64,000 nucleotides of DNA from Candidatus Margulisiibacteriota bacterium (lineage in GTDB: Bacteria > Margulisbacteria > WOR-1 > JAHJIW01). Numbering within the stretch: position 1 is the first letter of the stretch; each line of letters starts with the position of its first letter. The translations under genes and the position numbers were made by a program. Under the pieces are notes generated by a model that was not told the origin of the DNA, made no database searches, and was given only the letters and a program-made list of their open reading frames with translations. This document shows, piece by piece, positions 20,211 to 31,352 of this stretch. The stretch spans positions 93,396-157,395 of the forward strand of contig JAHJIW010000010.1 of the NCBI GenBank assembly GCA_018823125.1, in the 5' to 3' direction.

Positions 20211-20266
20211 GAAATTATTTTTTTCGAGAGGAGGATGCCGTAAAGATCATAAGTTCCAAGTGATAA

Positions 20267-21610
<1,344 letters not shown>

Positions 21611-21631
21611 AAAGTTAACAGGCGCAAAACC

Positions 21632-21671
21632 AAAGAAAAAAGCCTTCGAGAAATCGAAGGCTTTTTCTTTT
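21632..21671. terminator. bidirectional intrinsic terminator after gdhA
   Basis: A-tract, AGCCTTCGA-GAAA-TCGAAGGCT, T-tract, between convergent genes. Confidence 0.9.
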
Positions 21672-21691
21672 ACTCTTGATCCGCGATTTTT

Positions 21692-22120
21692 TTATGAACT
21701 TATCCAAACCACATAGGCTGAATAGAAAAGATAAATGCTAACCAGGATAAGAATAATAGAATATAATTTATAGGCCCCAACTACAAACTCATCCATCTGA
21801 AGCACTGATTTGCCTGCGCTTTTTGACAGCCAATCCAAAAAATTCGGGAAAAATAAATAAAGCAAACCGAAAAACAATAAAACCAGCCAGAAAGGATGCA
21901 GCAAGCCCAGTTCAGAAGACCTGAAAGCCAATAGCGCTATCCAACCCGCCAGAGCAATAAATATAATACCCACAACATATTTATAGGGTTTCAGCAATTC
22001 ATCAAGAGAAAAAATCACCTTATTCCAAAACGCGCAAACTTGCGTTAAATACCTAGGGGCAAACAAAAGCGTTACACCAAAAACCAAAATAAAGATCCCG
22101 GCTGCTAACAAAAAAATCAT
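21692..22120 (-). CDS. hypothetical membrane protein with two similar halves
   Basis: Hydrophobic; FAPRYL...SLDELL and FFPNFL...QMDEFV repeats; AAAGGAGG RBS. Confidence 0.7.
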   Translation of the reverse strand: MIFLLAAGIFILVFGVTLLFAPRYLTQVCAFWNKVIFSLDELLKPYKYVVGIIFIALAGWIALLAFRSSELGLLHPFWLVLLFFGLLYLFFPNFLDWLSKSAGKSVLQMDEFVVGAYKLYSIILILVSIYLFYSAYVVWISS

Positions 22121-22213
22121 CGCCTATTCCTCCTTTATATTATTTAGGATTCTTAGCAAATTATGCCCCCTTTATTTTAATTGTCAAGGCTAAAAAATCA
22201 TCTTCGGATATTT

Positions 22214-23557
22214 TTACAGCGCTTCCAAATACTTATCAATTTCCCAGGGGGTAATTTGCATACGGTAGTCATCAAATTCGGCTAATTTAGCATCACGGAA
22301 ATTATCAAAGGTGTGTTTACCCAGTGCTTCCATGATTACTTCGTCTTTTTCCAATTCTTCCACGGCGCGTTTGATCGAAAATGGCAGCATGCCTACATTT
22401 AATTCGCTTAGCCGTGCCGCATCTAGCTTATATACATCTTCTTCTACCGGAGCAGGAGGCTGCATACCTTTCTTAATGCCGTCTAATCCGGTTTTTAGCA
22501 TCGCGGCAAAAGCCAGATATGGATTACAAGACGGATCCGGGCAACGCAACTCTAACCTTGTTGATTGCTCTCTTCCCGGTGAATATCTTGGGATTCGAAT
22601 TAATGCCGAGCGATTAACCTGCCCCCAACAAACGTATACCGGCGCCTCGTAGCCTGAAACTAAACGCTTGTAAGAGTTAACCGTGGGCGCCACAATCGCC
22701 GTTAAAGCTCGAGCGTGTGCTAACTGTCCAGCTAAATAGTTATGCGCGATTCCCGAAAGCTTATATTTATCGTTAGCGTCAAAGAAAACATTTTTGCCGT
22801 TTTTATCAAACAAAGATTGGTGTACGTGCATCCCCGACCCCGCCTGACCATATAACGGTTTTGGCATGAAAGAAGCATACAGATCGTGTTGAGCCGCAAT
22901 CGATTTAATGACGTATTTTAATGTAATAGTATTATCGGCTGAAGAAAGCGCATCCGAATACCGAACATCAATTTCATGCTGTCCGGGTCCAACTTCGTGG
23001 TGACTCATCTCAGATATCATATTCATATTTTCCAGAGCTAATACAATATCTTCGCGGACTTCAGAAGCTAAATCGCGGGCCGTATAATCAAAATATCCCC
23101 CGATGTCATGCGGTACAGTAGTAATATCACCATTTTGCTTTTTAAACAGATAAAACTCTACTTCAGGACCAGTCATGAATTTATATCCCATCGCTTCCGC
23201 TTCTTTGACTACCCTTTTCAAGATAGAGCGCGGATCCCCTTCAAAAGGTTCACCATCTGGAGTGTGGACATCACAAATAAAACGCGCAGATTTTTTTTCG
23301 GCAGTAGTCCACGGAATAACCCGATAAGTATCCGGGTCGGGGAATAAAATCATGTCAGATTCGCAAATACGCACAAAACCTTGAATGCTGGAACCATCAA
23401 ACCAGATCCCTTTATCTAAAACATCTTCCAGTCTTTCAATCGGGATACTGACACTTTTCATGGCTCCTAAAATATCGATAAACTGCAGAAAAATAAATTT
23501 AATACCATCGGCGCGGGCTTGTTCCAATACTTTTTTCTTAGATAAATTTAATGACAC
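22214..23557 (-). CDS. glnA: glutamine synthetase type I
   Basis: FDGSSIQG, HHEVGPGQHE, FMPKP, GSGMHVH, NSYKRL, RLELRCPDP; GTG start at 23557 after GGAGG. Confidence 0.96.
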   Translation of the reverse strand: MSLNLSKKKVLEQARADGIKFIFLQFIDILGAMKSVSIPIERLEDVLDKGIWFDGSSIQGFVRICESDMILFPDPDTYRVIPWTTAEKKSARFICDVHTPDGEPFEGDPRSILKRVVKEAEAMGYKFMTGPEVEFYLFKKQNGDITTVPHDIGGYFDYTARDLASEVREDIVLALENMNMISEMSHHEVGPGQHEIDVRYSDALSSADNTITLKYVIKSIAAQHDLYASFMPKPLYGQAGSGMHVHQSLFDKNGKNVFFDANDKYKLSGIAHNYLAGQLAHARALTAIVAPTVNSYKRLVSGYEAPVYVCWGQVNRSALIRIPRYSPGREQSTRLELRCPDPSCNPYLAFAAMLKTGLDGIKKGMQPPAPVEEDVYKLDAARLSELNVGMLPFSIKRAVEELEKDEVIMEALGKHTFDNFRDAKLAEFDDYRMQITPWEIDKYLEAL

Positions 23558-23587
23558 GGGTCGACCTCCGTTATTTAAGATTATCCG

Positions 23588-23616
23588 ATTATACAGGAGA
23601 GACAAACGCTAAGCAA
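23588..23616 (-). promoter_or_regulatory. sigma70 promoter of glnA
   Basis: TTGCTT-N17-TATAAT. Confidence 0.6.
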
Positions 23617-23626
23617 GATAGCCTAA

Positions 23627-25120
23627 TTACCGCGATTCTTTAATTGCAGTTATATCGCGGCCATATATATAAACCGAATTGTCTTCAACATAAGGCGAAA
23701 AATCAAACGAAAAAATTCGCTTTGCACATCGATGCTCAACGCCTTTTTTGGCTTTTCTTTCACTGAGCACCGCATCAATTATTTCTTGAATATTTGACGG
23801 AAGAATTTCATCAGCTTTAAATAAATCATTTTTGCTAATAAATTCGACGGTGAAAGGATTCATATACAGCACATTGCCATCCTTATCTACTTTCATAACA
23901 ATATTGGGGTTTTCCTCTGGAAACACAGAAAGTGCTTTAATTTTTTCATCTACCAGTTTGCGCTCGGTAATATCCTGCACTACGCCCAGCATGCGAACCG
24001 CCTTACCTTGTTTATCCCGAAAAATCTTTCCGGTCTCCGAAACCCAGTGACTTTTACCATCCGGCCAAACAATACGGTGTTCGATGGCATATTTTTTATC
24101 TTTTTCGATCGCGTTATTGACCGCATCGACAACCTGCTTACGATCGTCAGGATGAACACAGGCTAAAAATGCTTCGTAAGTCTTTTTAAATTCACCCGGA
24201 TTAAACCCAAACATCGGCTCAATAGTATCCGACCAGATTAAAGTATTGTTAACAATATCCCAATCCCAGGTACCAATATTGGCCACCGCTTGCGCCAGAG
24301 AAAGCCTTTCCTGATTATCCCTTACCTCTTTTTCTGCCTGTTTGCGCTCGGTTAGATCTCTCAAAATTGCCATATCTCCCACAATCTTTCCATCTTCAAT
24401 GATAGGAACGGCCTTAACCTCTACAGATACCCGCGACCCATCTTTTCTGATCATTTCTAACTCATACGGTGGAATATGTTGACCGCGCATGCGAGCAAAG
24501 AAATTTTTTAATGCAATGGCCTTATTCTTTACGTCCAAGATCGGGGCAAACAACACATTCATCCCTTCCAATTCTTCTTTGGGATAGCCCGATTCTTTGG
24601 TTAACTGTTCGTTAATGAGAATTATTTTGCCGAGCCGACTAAAAATCACAATGGGATCACCGGCTTTATCAATGAGATTGCGGTATTTTTCTTCTTTCTT
24701 TAATAAAGCACCTTCAACCTGTTTACGCTCGGTAACGTCGCGGGCTATCCCGACAAGCACTTTTTGTCCTTCGAGCTCAACCACCTTCCCGTTTACCTCA
24801 ATTAGAATCCTTTTGTGATCTTTTCTAATTAATTCGATTTCCTCCGGACCAAAGCTGCCGGTAGTTGTAAATTTTGCAAAAATCATGGCGATTTTTGGTA
24901 ACTGCTCAACTGGAATAATTTTAGTCATGTCCTGATAAGATAACCCTACCAATTCACTCCGCTTATAGCCGGTCATACTTTCAGCGTAATCATTAAACTC
25001 GATTAACTTGCCATTCAAATCGGTCATATAAATTGCATCTTGGGCAGATTCCACAATGGCTTCCAGTTCAATTAGACGACTATGCATCTTTTTATATTCA
25101 TTTTCCGGAATTTCTATCAT
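23627..25120 (-). CDS. multi-PAS protein without an output domain
   Basis: Three PAS-PAC units (RDVTERKQ, RDLTERKQ, QDITERK) plus a terminal PAS-like segment (FPEENPN); no kinase or cyclase motifs. Confidence 0.8.
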   Translation of the reverse strand: MIEIPENEYKKMHSRLIELEAIVESAQDAIYMTDLNGKLIEFNDYAESMTGYKRSELVGLSYQDMTKIIPVEQLPKIAMIFAKFTTTGSFGPEEIELIRKDHKRILIEVNGKVVELEGQKVLVGIARDVTERKQVEGALLKKEEKYRNLIDKAGDPIVIFSRLGKIILINEQLTKESGYPKEELEGMNVLFAPILDVKNKAIALKNFFARMRGQHIPPYELEMIRKDGSRVSVEVKAVPIIEDGKIVGDMAILRDLTERKQAEKEVRDNQERLSLAQAVANIGTWDWDIVNNTLIWSDTIEPMFGFNPGEFKKTYEAFLACVHPDDRKQVVDAVNNAIEKDKKYAIEHRIVWPDGKSHWVSETGKIFRDKQGKAVRMLGVVQDITERKLVDEKIKALSVFPEENPNIVMKVDKDGNVLYMNPFTVEFISKNDLFKADEILPSNIQEIIDAVLSERKAKKGVEHRCAKRIFSFDFSPYVEDNSVYIYGRDITAIKESR

Positions 25121-25147
25121 AATGAATCACCTCATTAGAACAATCCG

Positions 25148-26545
25148 TCACTTAGGCTCCTTTAGGTTTTTAGGTATTGTAAAAATAAATTTACTGCCCT
25201 TCCCATCTCGGCTTTCCACCCAAATTTTTCCCTTATGAAGGTCAATAATATCCTTCGCAATCGGGAGGCCCAGTCCCGTGCCCTCCTTTTGTTCTGCAGT
25301 AATCCGCTCAAATTTATCAAATATTTTTTCAGAATATTCCTGAGGAATTCCCGGACCGCTATCCCAAATCTCAAAACGCACTTCGCCGGCTTTATCTTCA
25401 AGCTTGATCGTAATAGCGCCTTTATCGGGAGTATATTTTATGGCATTATCCAAAAGATTAATTATAACTTCAGTCAGCATGTCTTTATCAGCGAAAATTG
25501 AAATTATATCGGAAGGAGTATCTTTCTTTAGAGAAATTTGCTTCTTCTTAAACTCATTTTTGTTTGTCATCAATATTTCTTCAACAAGATGTCGTATATC
25601 CACGCTTTCTTTTTTCAGCTCGATCTTGCCTGATTCTATCTTGGAAATGTCTAACATATTTGAAACCAAGCGGGCTAGCCGGTCGACATTTTTTTCAATT
25701 GATTTGAGACGGTCTCGCCGTTTTGATCCAATTTTACCCACAGCCCCATCAAGAAGAAGCTCAAGGTACTGTTTGCTGGTTGCCAAGGGACTTAAAAATT
25801 CATGGGAAACATTGGCTACAAAGTCTGATTTTCGCTTATCCATCTCTTTCAACTTCTGATTGACTATTGTCAGTTCCGCCGTACGTTCTTTTACTAATTC
25901 TTCAAGGCGTAGCCGGTATTTCATTAATTCTTCATAAAGCTTGTCTTTTTCTTCCTCCGTCCGCTTGCGCTCGGTGACGTCCGTATCCGCCCCCCTATAT
26001 CCAAGAAGGTTCCCTTTTACATCCAGGATGGGACAACCGCCTGTTTCTAAAAAAACAATGCTGCCATTTTTGTGGACATTGGAATTAATAAATCTTATAA
26101 AGCTTCCCTTCTTCGCAAAAATCTCAAAGATGGCTTTTCTTAATTCCTCTCTTGTCTCAGGGGTAAATAGATCAAAACAATGTTTTTTTCCTACAAGTTC
26201 TTCAGGTTTATAGCCGAGTATTTTTTCTACCACCGGGCTTGCATATGTATATACCGCATTGGCATCCACTTCCCATATCCACTCACCAGCGTTTTCAGCT
26301 ACCTGCTTGAATCGCTCCTCGCTTTTGCGCTGCGCTTCCTCCGCCTGCTTGAGCTCGGAAATATTCTGTAATAACTCCTGCGAGCTAATTTCGAGCGAAC
26401 GCTCAAGCAAACCGCGGTCAATATCTGCTTGTTGGTAAGCATTATTAATTACTGCAACAAGCTCGCTAATTTCCTTGGGCACCAGGTCCACACCGTCATA
26501 AATTTTCTTTAACTGACGTTTTAATAAGCTATGCAGCTCTCCCAT
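25148..26545 (-). CDS. PAS domain sensor histidine kinase
   Basis: PAS-PAC, H-box NVSHEF, N-box NLLDNAIKY, DSGPGI, GTGLGL. Confidence 0.92.
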   Translation of the reverse strand: MGELHSLLKRQLKKIYDGVDLVPKEISELVAVINNAYQQADIDRGLLERSLEISSQELLQNISELKQAEEAQRKSEERFKQVAENAGEWIWEVDANAVYTYASPVVEKILGYKPEELVGKKHCFDLFTPETREELRKAIFEIFAKKGSFIRFINSNVHKNGSIVFLETGGCPILDVKGNLLGYRGADTDVTERKRTEEEKDKLYEELMKYRLRLEELVKERTAELTIVNQKLKEMDKRKSDFVANVSHEFLSPLATSKQYLELLLDGAVGKIGSKRRDRLKSIEKNVDRLARLVSNMLDISKIESGKIELKKESVDIRHLVEEILMTNKNEFKKKQISLKKDTPSDIISIFADKDMLTEVIINLLDNAIKYTPDKGAITIKLEDKAGEVRFEIWDSGPGIPQEYSEKIFDKFERITAEQKEGTGLGLPIAKDIIDLHKGKIWVESRDGKGSKFIFTIPKNLKEPK

Positions 26546-26547
26546 AA

Positions 26548-27687
26548 TTATTCCTCCGCCAACACAGTGATCGTCATGGTCTGGTTGTGCAATTCACATT
26601 TTGCCTGCGGCTTAAAAGGAGCGATCTCCCCGTAAGAATAAAATCCGATCAGGGCCGGGCGTTTACCCAACACCTCACGCACCCCTTCCACCTCTTCCTC
26701 CACTCTCTGGGCCAAGACCAGTTTTCTCCCAACACAGCTGATCAGAATAGCCAGTTCCGCCTCAAAACTCCCGAGGATTTCCCGGCTTACTTTAGCAGCA
26801 CTGAGTGCCCCGTCAATTAAATGGTCAAAATTAGCTTTCATCAGACGAGCGTGAGCCCCTTCCGGGACATCACCGGCAAAGGTCATGCTATCTTCCTGCT
26901 CGCTAACCGATAAAATAGTCCGAACTACAGCTCGATCTTGGTCATTAACGCGGACCTCCAGCGGATAGAGCAGCCCGGTCGCTGGCAGGCCTTTGGCCTG
27001 ATCCCCAAGATATTGTTTGTATAAGCCTAGCGCTGATTTGCCATCTAATTCATACAGGATATTTCCTTTTGACTTTGTGACCTGGCGAAATGGCCCAAAC
27101 GGATCCCAGCCGCCCAAAGAACCATAACCCACTTTTAGATCTTTGCCATAAAACCCAAGAACAGCAACAACCTTTTGTTGCGGCACCTGATCAAAAAATA
27201 CATATGTTTCTTTAAAATTAGCACCATCACCAGCCACCCCCCCGGTAATAGCAACATTTGCCGGTAAATTCTCTGTCAGTCCTCTCACTAATTCACTCCC
27301 ATTCACCACCACACCATCAGAAAGGACAAACAAATGGACCAGACCTTTATGCTCAATAGACTTGGCCAATTTCACCCCTGCCTCATGGCTGTTTTTAACT
27401 TCAGCCATCCCAACTTGAGCGCCCTGGATCTTGGTAGATCCAAAACTTATTGCTGATATAGCAAGATGGTCATCAGTTACTCGTGTATCAAAGATCTCCC
27501 CGGCAGTTGAACAACCCATCAGTTTAGCCTTGGGATAAGCCTTTTTTATCTCCGCCAAGCCCTGTTGTTTTTTCAGCAGCTCTCTCTCGCAAAAGATCAG
27601 CACTAATTGAGCCTTATCTCCCAAACCACCAAGCGGGCCATTTAACCAACCTTTTCTCTCGTTCCAAATATTTTGTTCTATTTTCAC
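26548..27687 (-). CDS. FIST N/C domain sensory protein
   Basis: GCSTAGEI, GGVAGDG, NILYELDGKSAL, ISCVGRKLVL, GFYSYGEI, HNQTMT. Confidence 0.92.
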   Translation of the reverse strand: MKIEQNIWNERKGWLNGPLGGLGDKAQLVLIFCERELLKKQQGLAEIKKAYPKAKLMGCSTAGEIFDTRVTDDHLAISAISFGSTKIQGAQVGMAEVKNSHEAGVKLAKSIEHKGLVHLFVLSDGVVVNGSELVRGLTENLPANVAITGGVAGDGANFKETYVFFDQVPQQKVVAVLGFYGKDLKVGYGSLGGWDPFGPFRQVTKSKGNILYELDGKSALGLYKQYLGDQAKGLPATGLLYPLEVRVNDQDRAVVRTILSVSEQEDSMTFAGDVPEGAHARLMKANFDHLIDGALSAAKVSREILGSFEAELAILISCVGRKLVLAQRVEEEVEGVREVLGKRPALIGFYSYGEIAPFKPQAKCELHNQTMTITVLAEE

Positions 27688-27726
27688 AGGACACCTCCTT
27701 GAATATGCCTGTTGACTTTCTTTTCC

Positions 27727-27963
27727 TTATAATTTTTTATACTTTGGTTCTTTGCCCAGTTCCTTCAACAATTAGTTAACCTCCTTTTCCAACTCCATCA
27801 TCTTAAGCTCGCAGCCAACGGTAGACTTATGAAAGATTTCCAGCTCATCCAGCCGCTTTTTCAATTGTATTTCCGACAGGCGGTACTGGATAATGTGCCC
27901 CAGAAAATCAGCGACTGTATCGATCAGCTTCCTTTCTTCCTTGAGAAAAGGCCCCTCATCCAC
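27727..27963 (-). pseudogene. remnant of the C-terminus of a signalling gene
   Basis: DEGPFLKEERKLI...ELKMMELEKEVN* continues in frame after an internal TAA as LLKELGKEPKYKKL*; no 5' body upstream. Confidence 0.6.
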
Positions 27964-28118
27964 GGTGGGCTTCTCCTCGGATCCGATAATATTCTTCAGA
28001 GATATTAACCACGCGTCATTTTCCCCTTTGCCAAAAAGTATAGCACCAAAAATTTAGTTCGGCACCAGATTTTGTAAAGTTACTTGCTTTCTTTATCCCG
28101 GAATGTTATACGTAAAAT

Positions 28119-28877
28119 ATGAATGAAACTGTAGTTTTAATTCACGGATCAGGTGATTCGGCAGAAATTTGGGGTAAAACAAAAACTTTGCTTGAGAAAT
28201 GCTATAACTGCTATGCCATTTCTTTTTCCAATCCCTACGGTTCCCCCGAAGATCAGGCCCTGGAGCTGGAAAAATTTCTTAAAGATAAAAAACAACCGAT
28301 TAATCTAGTTGCTTTTTCTTTAGGGGGACTAAGTGCCCGGAAATATATCACCAACCACCCCACCGACAACCGCATCAAAAAATTAATTCTGCTCAGTGCT
28401 CCAAACCTCGGCATTCCTGCACTTTATCTTAATTTTGTCCCCGCCGCACTGATAATCATTAGTATTCTAGGATTGATAATTGAAAGAAGTCTATTATTTC
28501 TGCCATTTTTATTAATTGGGGTTGGCATTGAATTATTGTGTTATTTGAGGAAAGCGGTGCTTTTATCGCCATCCGCTTTTGCCATGCGGCCCGATTCTAA
28601 CTTTATTAAAGAGTTAAACCGCCAACATCTTCCCGAACAAATGGAATATATCTCGATACTAGATAACACCAAAGAATTTTGGCATCGATTGGCAAATTAT
28701 TTATTTTTGTATTTTGAAGGTGACGGAGTAATTCCGCTTTCCAGCCAAAAACTATCTCAACGGTGTGTTCCCAACTTCTCTAAAATTCAATATAAAGAAT
28801 TATTAATTGATCTGCCTCATTTTGAAATTCCCTATCAAGCCGGGGAAACTATACTCGATGCCTTAACTCAGCCTTAA
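28119..28877 (+). CDS. alpha/beta hydrolase (lipase/PGAP1-like)
   Basis: VVLIHG, nucleophile elbow AFSLGG, SAPNLG, GDGVIP, PH. Confidence 0.8.
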   Translation: MNETVVLIHGSGDSAEIWGKTKTLLEKCYNCYAISFSNPYGSPEDQALELEKFLKDKKQPINLVAFSLGGLSARKYITNHPTDNRIKKLILLSAPNLGIPALYLNFVPAALIIISILGLIIERSLLFLPFLLIGVGIELLCYLRKAVLLSPSAFAMRPDSNFIKELNRQHLPEQMEYISILDNTKEFWHRLANYLFLYFEGDGVIPLSSQKLSQRCVPNFSKIQYKELLIDLPHFEIPYQAGETILDALTQP

Positions 28878-29265
28878 ATCCGCACTCCGGTAAAAGCTTG
28901 GGCTCTTCAAAGTAGTCTACCAGAGGATAATTTCTACAAATGTTAGGGCGCCAGAAATAATTGCCGCATTTTCCATCGGGTTTAAGATGCTTACAGGTAA
29001 ACGCTAGATAATGATTATTACGATCGATATCTAACAATATAAAATCAAACAACCAGGTTATCCATTTAATCGAAAGTTTAGTAAAAAATGGGCTCTCAAT
29101 TTGTTTGCGGGTCATTTTTAAAAGAATTCTTTTGCAACAGCTACCACATTGCTTACATTTGCCTCCTAAAACCCAATTGGTTTTAAAAAATAGCTTCTTT
29201 AATGAATTTAAGATGAAATTATCCAGAATAACAAAGAGCATTATAAATCTTTTGATGATTTTCAT
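28849..29265 (-). CDS. YkgJ-type cysteine cluster protein
   Basis: CKQCGSCC...CKHL...C..Y..RPNICRNYP. Confidence 0.75.
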   Translation of the reverse strand: MKIIKRFIMLFVILDNFILNSLKKLFFKTNWVLGGKCKQCGSCCKRILLKMTRKQIESPFFTKLSIKWITWLFDFILLDIDRNNHYLAFTCKHLKPDGKCGNYFWRPNICRNYPLVDYFEEPKLLPECGFKAELRHRV

Positions 29266-29268
29266 GGT

Positions 29269-29946
29269 TTACTTTTTTAATCTTTTTTTTATTTTCTCGC
29301 TAGTTAATTCTCTTAGCGCGTCGGCGGCAATCCATTTTGCGGATTTTGAATCAAGTTTTTTTATTTCTCGCGCAGTTACAATGGCTTTTTTATTTAAGTT
29401 TTTGTTTTTTTTGCCAATGGTACGCAGGGCCCAATTGACCGATTTTTTTACGTAATGGCGCCCGTCAGTAGCTTCTTTTTTTATAATTGATAAATATTTA
29501 ATAAAAAGCGCGTCACTGGCAGATTTATCATGAACAACTAAGGTAGACATTAATGCAAAGCCAGCTCTTTTGGCAAATTCCTCTTTGCGTTTAGTCCATT
29601 CTCGTACTTTTTTATGAGCTAGGTCAGTTTTGCGAAACAAATGCATGCAAGCATTGTCGCAAACCGCCCAGTTATCAAAATCTTTAACCCATTTTTCTAG
29701 TAATTTATCATCAACTTTTTTTGGATCCACAATCAGCGGAGCTAAAATTTTAGTTTCGTAAGCGCCAAACTTCCAAAGTTTTTCGGCAAGCTTTTGATCA
29801 ATGCCAATTTTGGCGGCCATAGCTCGAAGTTCGGGAAGCGATACACCATACACCTTTTTGCTAACGATTCCATAGCGGGCCATACCGTCAATACATTCTT
29901 GATTAGTTAAAGATTCGAGTTTTTTGATGATTGATTTGAATTGCAT
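29269..29946 (-). CDS. DNA alkylation repair (AlkD-like) protein
   Basis: YGVSLPELR, NWAVCD, YVKKSVNWALRTIGK, WIAADALREL. Confidence 0.85.
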   Translation of the reverse strand: MQFKSIIKKLESLTNQECIDGMARYGIVSKKVYGVSLPELRAMAAKIGIDQKLAEKLWKFGAYETKILAPLIVDPKKVDDKLLEKWVKDFDNWAVCDNACMHLFRKTDLAHKKVREWTKRKEEFAKRAGFALMSTLVVHDKSASDALFIKYLSIIKKEATDGRHYVKKSVNWALRTIGKKNKNLNKKAIVTAREIKKLDSKSAKWIAADALRELTSEKIKKRLKK

Positions 29947-29949
29947 TAC

Positions 29950-31350
29950 TTACTTAGGGGAATTAACCCACGCATCCATTGCAATCGCAGCTTGTTTTCC
30001 GTCACCCATGGCTGAAATTACGGTCGCCGCACCCCGTACCAAGTCTCCTCCCGAGAAAACACCCGGAATCGAAGACATGCCTTTATCATCCACAATTACC
30101 CCACCCCATTTTTCAGTTTTAATCCGTGGATCTGCATGTGGAATCAAAGGATTAGGCGTTTGACCAATGGCAACGATGATAGTATCAACTTGAATTTTAT
30201 ATTCGGACCCTTCGATGGGAACCGGACGGCGGCGGCCGGAAGAATCGGGCTCACCTAATTCCATTTTTAAGCATTCCATTTCTTTTACCCAGCCGTTTTC
30301 GTCACCAAAAACTTCGGTAGGCGCGTTTAAAAGCACAAATTTAATGCCTTCTTCTTTGGCGCGTTCAATTTCTTCGATACGGGCCGGCATTTCTTTTTCG
30401 GTACGGCGATAAACGATAGTTACTTCATCCGCACCAAGACGTAAACTACAGCGTGCCGCGTCCATGGCCACATTGCCGGCTCCGATAACTGCTACTTTCT
30501 TGCCAATCTTAACGGGAGTCATATATTCGGGGAATTTATAGCCCTTCATTAAGTTAACTCTGACTAAAAACTCGTTAGCCGAGTAGACCCCTTTTAAATT
30601 TTCACCGGGAACGCGCATAAAGCGAGGAAGACCTGCTCCTGCACCTAAAAATACTGACTTATATCCTTCATCAAACAACTGTTGAATGGTAATGGTTTTG
30701 CCAACGAGTACGTCGAGCTGTAAATCTACTCCTAAGCTTTGTATATATTCTACTTCTAGCCTAACAATTTCTTTAGGAAGACGAAATTCGGGAATGCCGT
30801 AGCTTAAAACTCCTCCAGGAAGATGCAATGATTCAAATAATGAAACGGCATAACCTTTACGGGCTAGTTCACTGGCACAAGTTAATCCCGCCGGCCCCGA
30901 ACCTACTACCGCCATTTTAGGGGCGTCGGGCGGCCGGTCTCTGGTCTCTGGTCTTTGGTCTCCGGTCTTCTGCGTTCTTTCCCAATCCGCCGCAAATCTT
31001 TCTAAATAGCCAATCCGAATCGGGGTCCCCTTTTTACCTAGGATACATACCTTTTCACATTGATCTTCTTGAGGACAAACCCGACCACAAATTGCCGGTA
31101 AGGCATTTTTTTCTTTTAGTTTTTTTGCCGCAGCGTCAAAATTTCCTTTAGCAATTTCTAAAATAAAAGCGGGAATATCAATTTCGACCGGACAGCCTTT
31201 AACACAGAAAGGTTTTTTACATTGAATACAGCGCTTAGCTTCGGCTACCGCTTGTTCAGTAGAAATCCCTAAGGCGACTTCTTCAAAATCTTTAATACGG
31301 TTGTCAGCTTCGCGCTCGGGCATAATTCTTTTGTTGATATCGTCAGTCAT
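29950..31350 (-). CDS. nfnB: NfnB/SudA-type (GltD-like) flavo-iron-sulfur oxidoreductase subunit
   Basis: RCIQC..PFCVKGCP, CGRVCPQEDQCE, GSGPAGL, GAGNVAMD, YRR; paired with an NfnA-like gene, no gltB nearby. Confidence 0.8.
   Translation of the reverse strand: MTDDINKRIMPEREADNRIKDFEEVALGISTEQAVAEAKRCIQCKKPFCVKGCPVEIDIPAFILEIAKGNFDAAAKKLKEKNALPAICGRVCPQEDQCEKVCILGKKGTPIRIGYLERFAADWERTQKTGDQRPETRDRPPDAPKMAVVGSGPAGLTCASELARKGYAVSLFESLHLPGGVLSYGIPEFRLPKEIVRLEVEYIQSLGVDLQLDVLVGKTITIQQLFDEGYKSVFLGAGAGLPRFMRVPGENLKGVYSANEFLVRVNLMKGYKFPEYMTPVKIGKKVAVIGAGNVAMDAARCSLRLGADEVTIVYRRTEKEMPARIEEIERAKEEGIKFVLLNAPTEVFGDENGWVKEMECLKMELGEPDSSGRRRPVPIEGSEYKIQVDTIIVAIGQTPNPLIPHADPRIKTEKWGGVIVDDKGMSSIPGVFSGGDLVRGAATVISAMGDGKQAAIAMDAWVNSPK
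30936..30970. repeat. five tandem GGTCTYY heptamers inside nfnB
   Basis: GGTCTCT GGTCTCT GGTCTTT GGTCTCC GGTCTTC, encoding KTGDQRPETRDR. Confidence 0.85.
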
Positions 31351-31352
31351 AA

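Noticed and set aside
23558-23600. NrpR operator at glnA
   Set aside because: Only non-palindromic CGG repeats; neither TACGG-N10-CCGTA nor GGAA-N6-TTCC is present.
29950-31350. Glutamate synthase (GltD) despite the nitrogen-cluster context
   Set aside because: No gltB is adjacent and the partner is an NfnA/SudB-type subunit, which favours NfnAB transhydrogenase.
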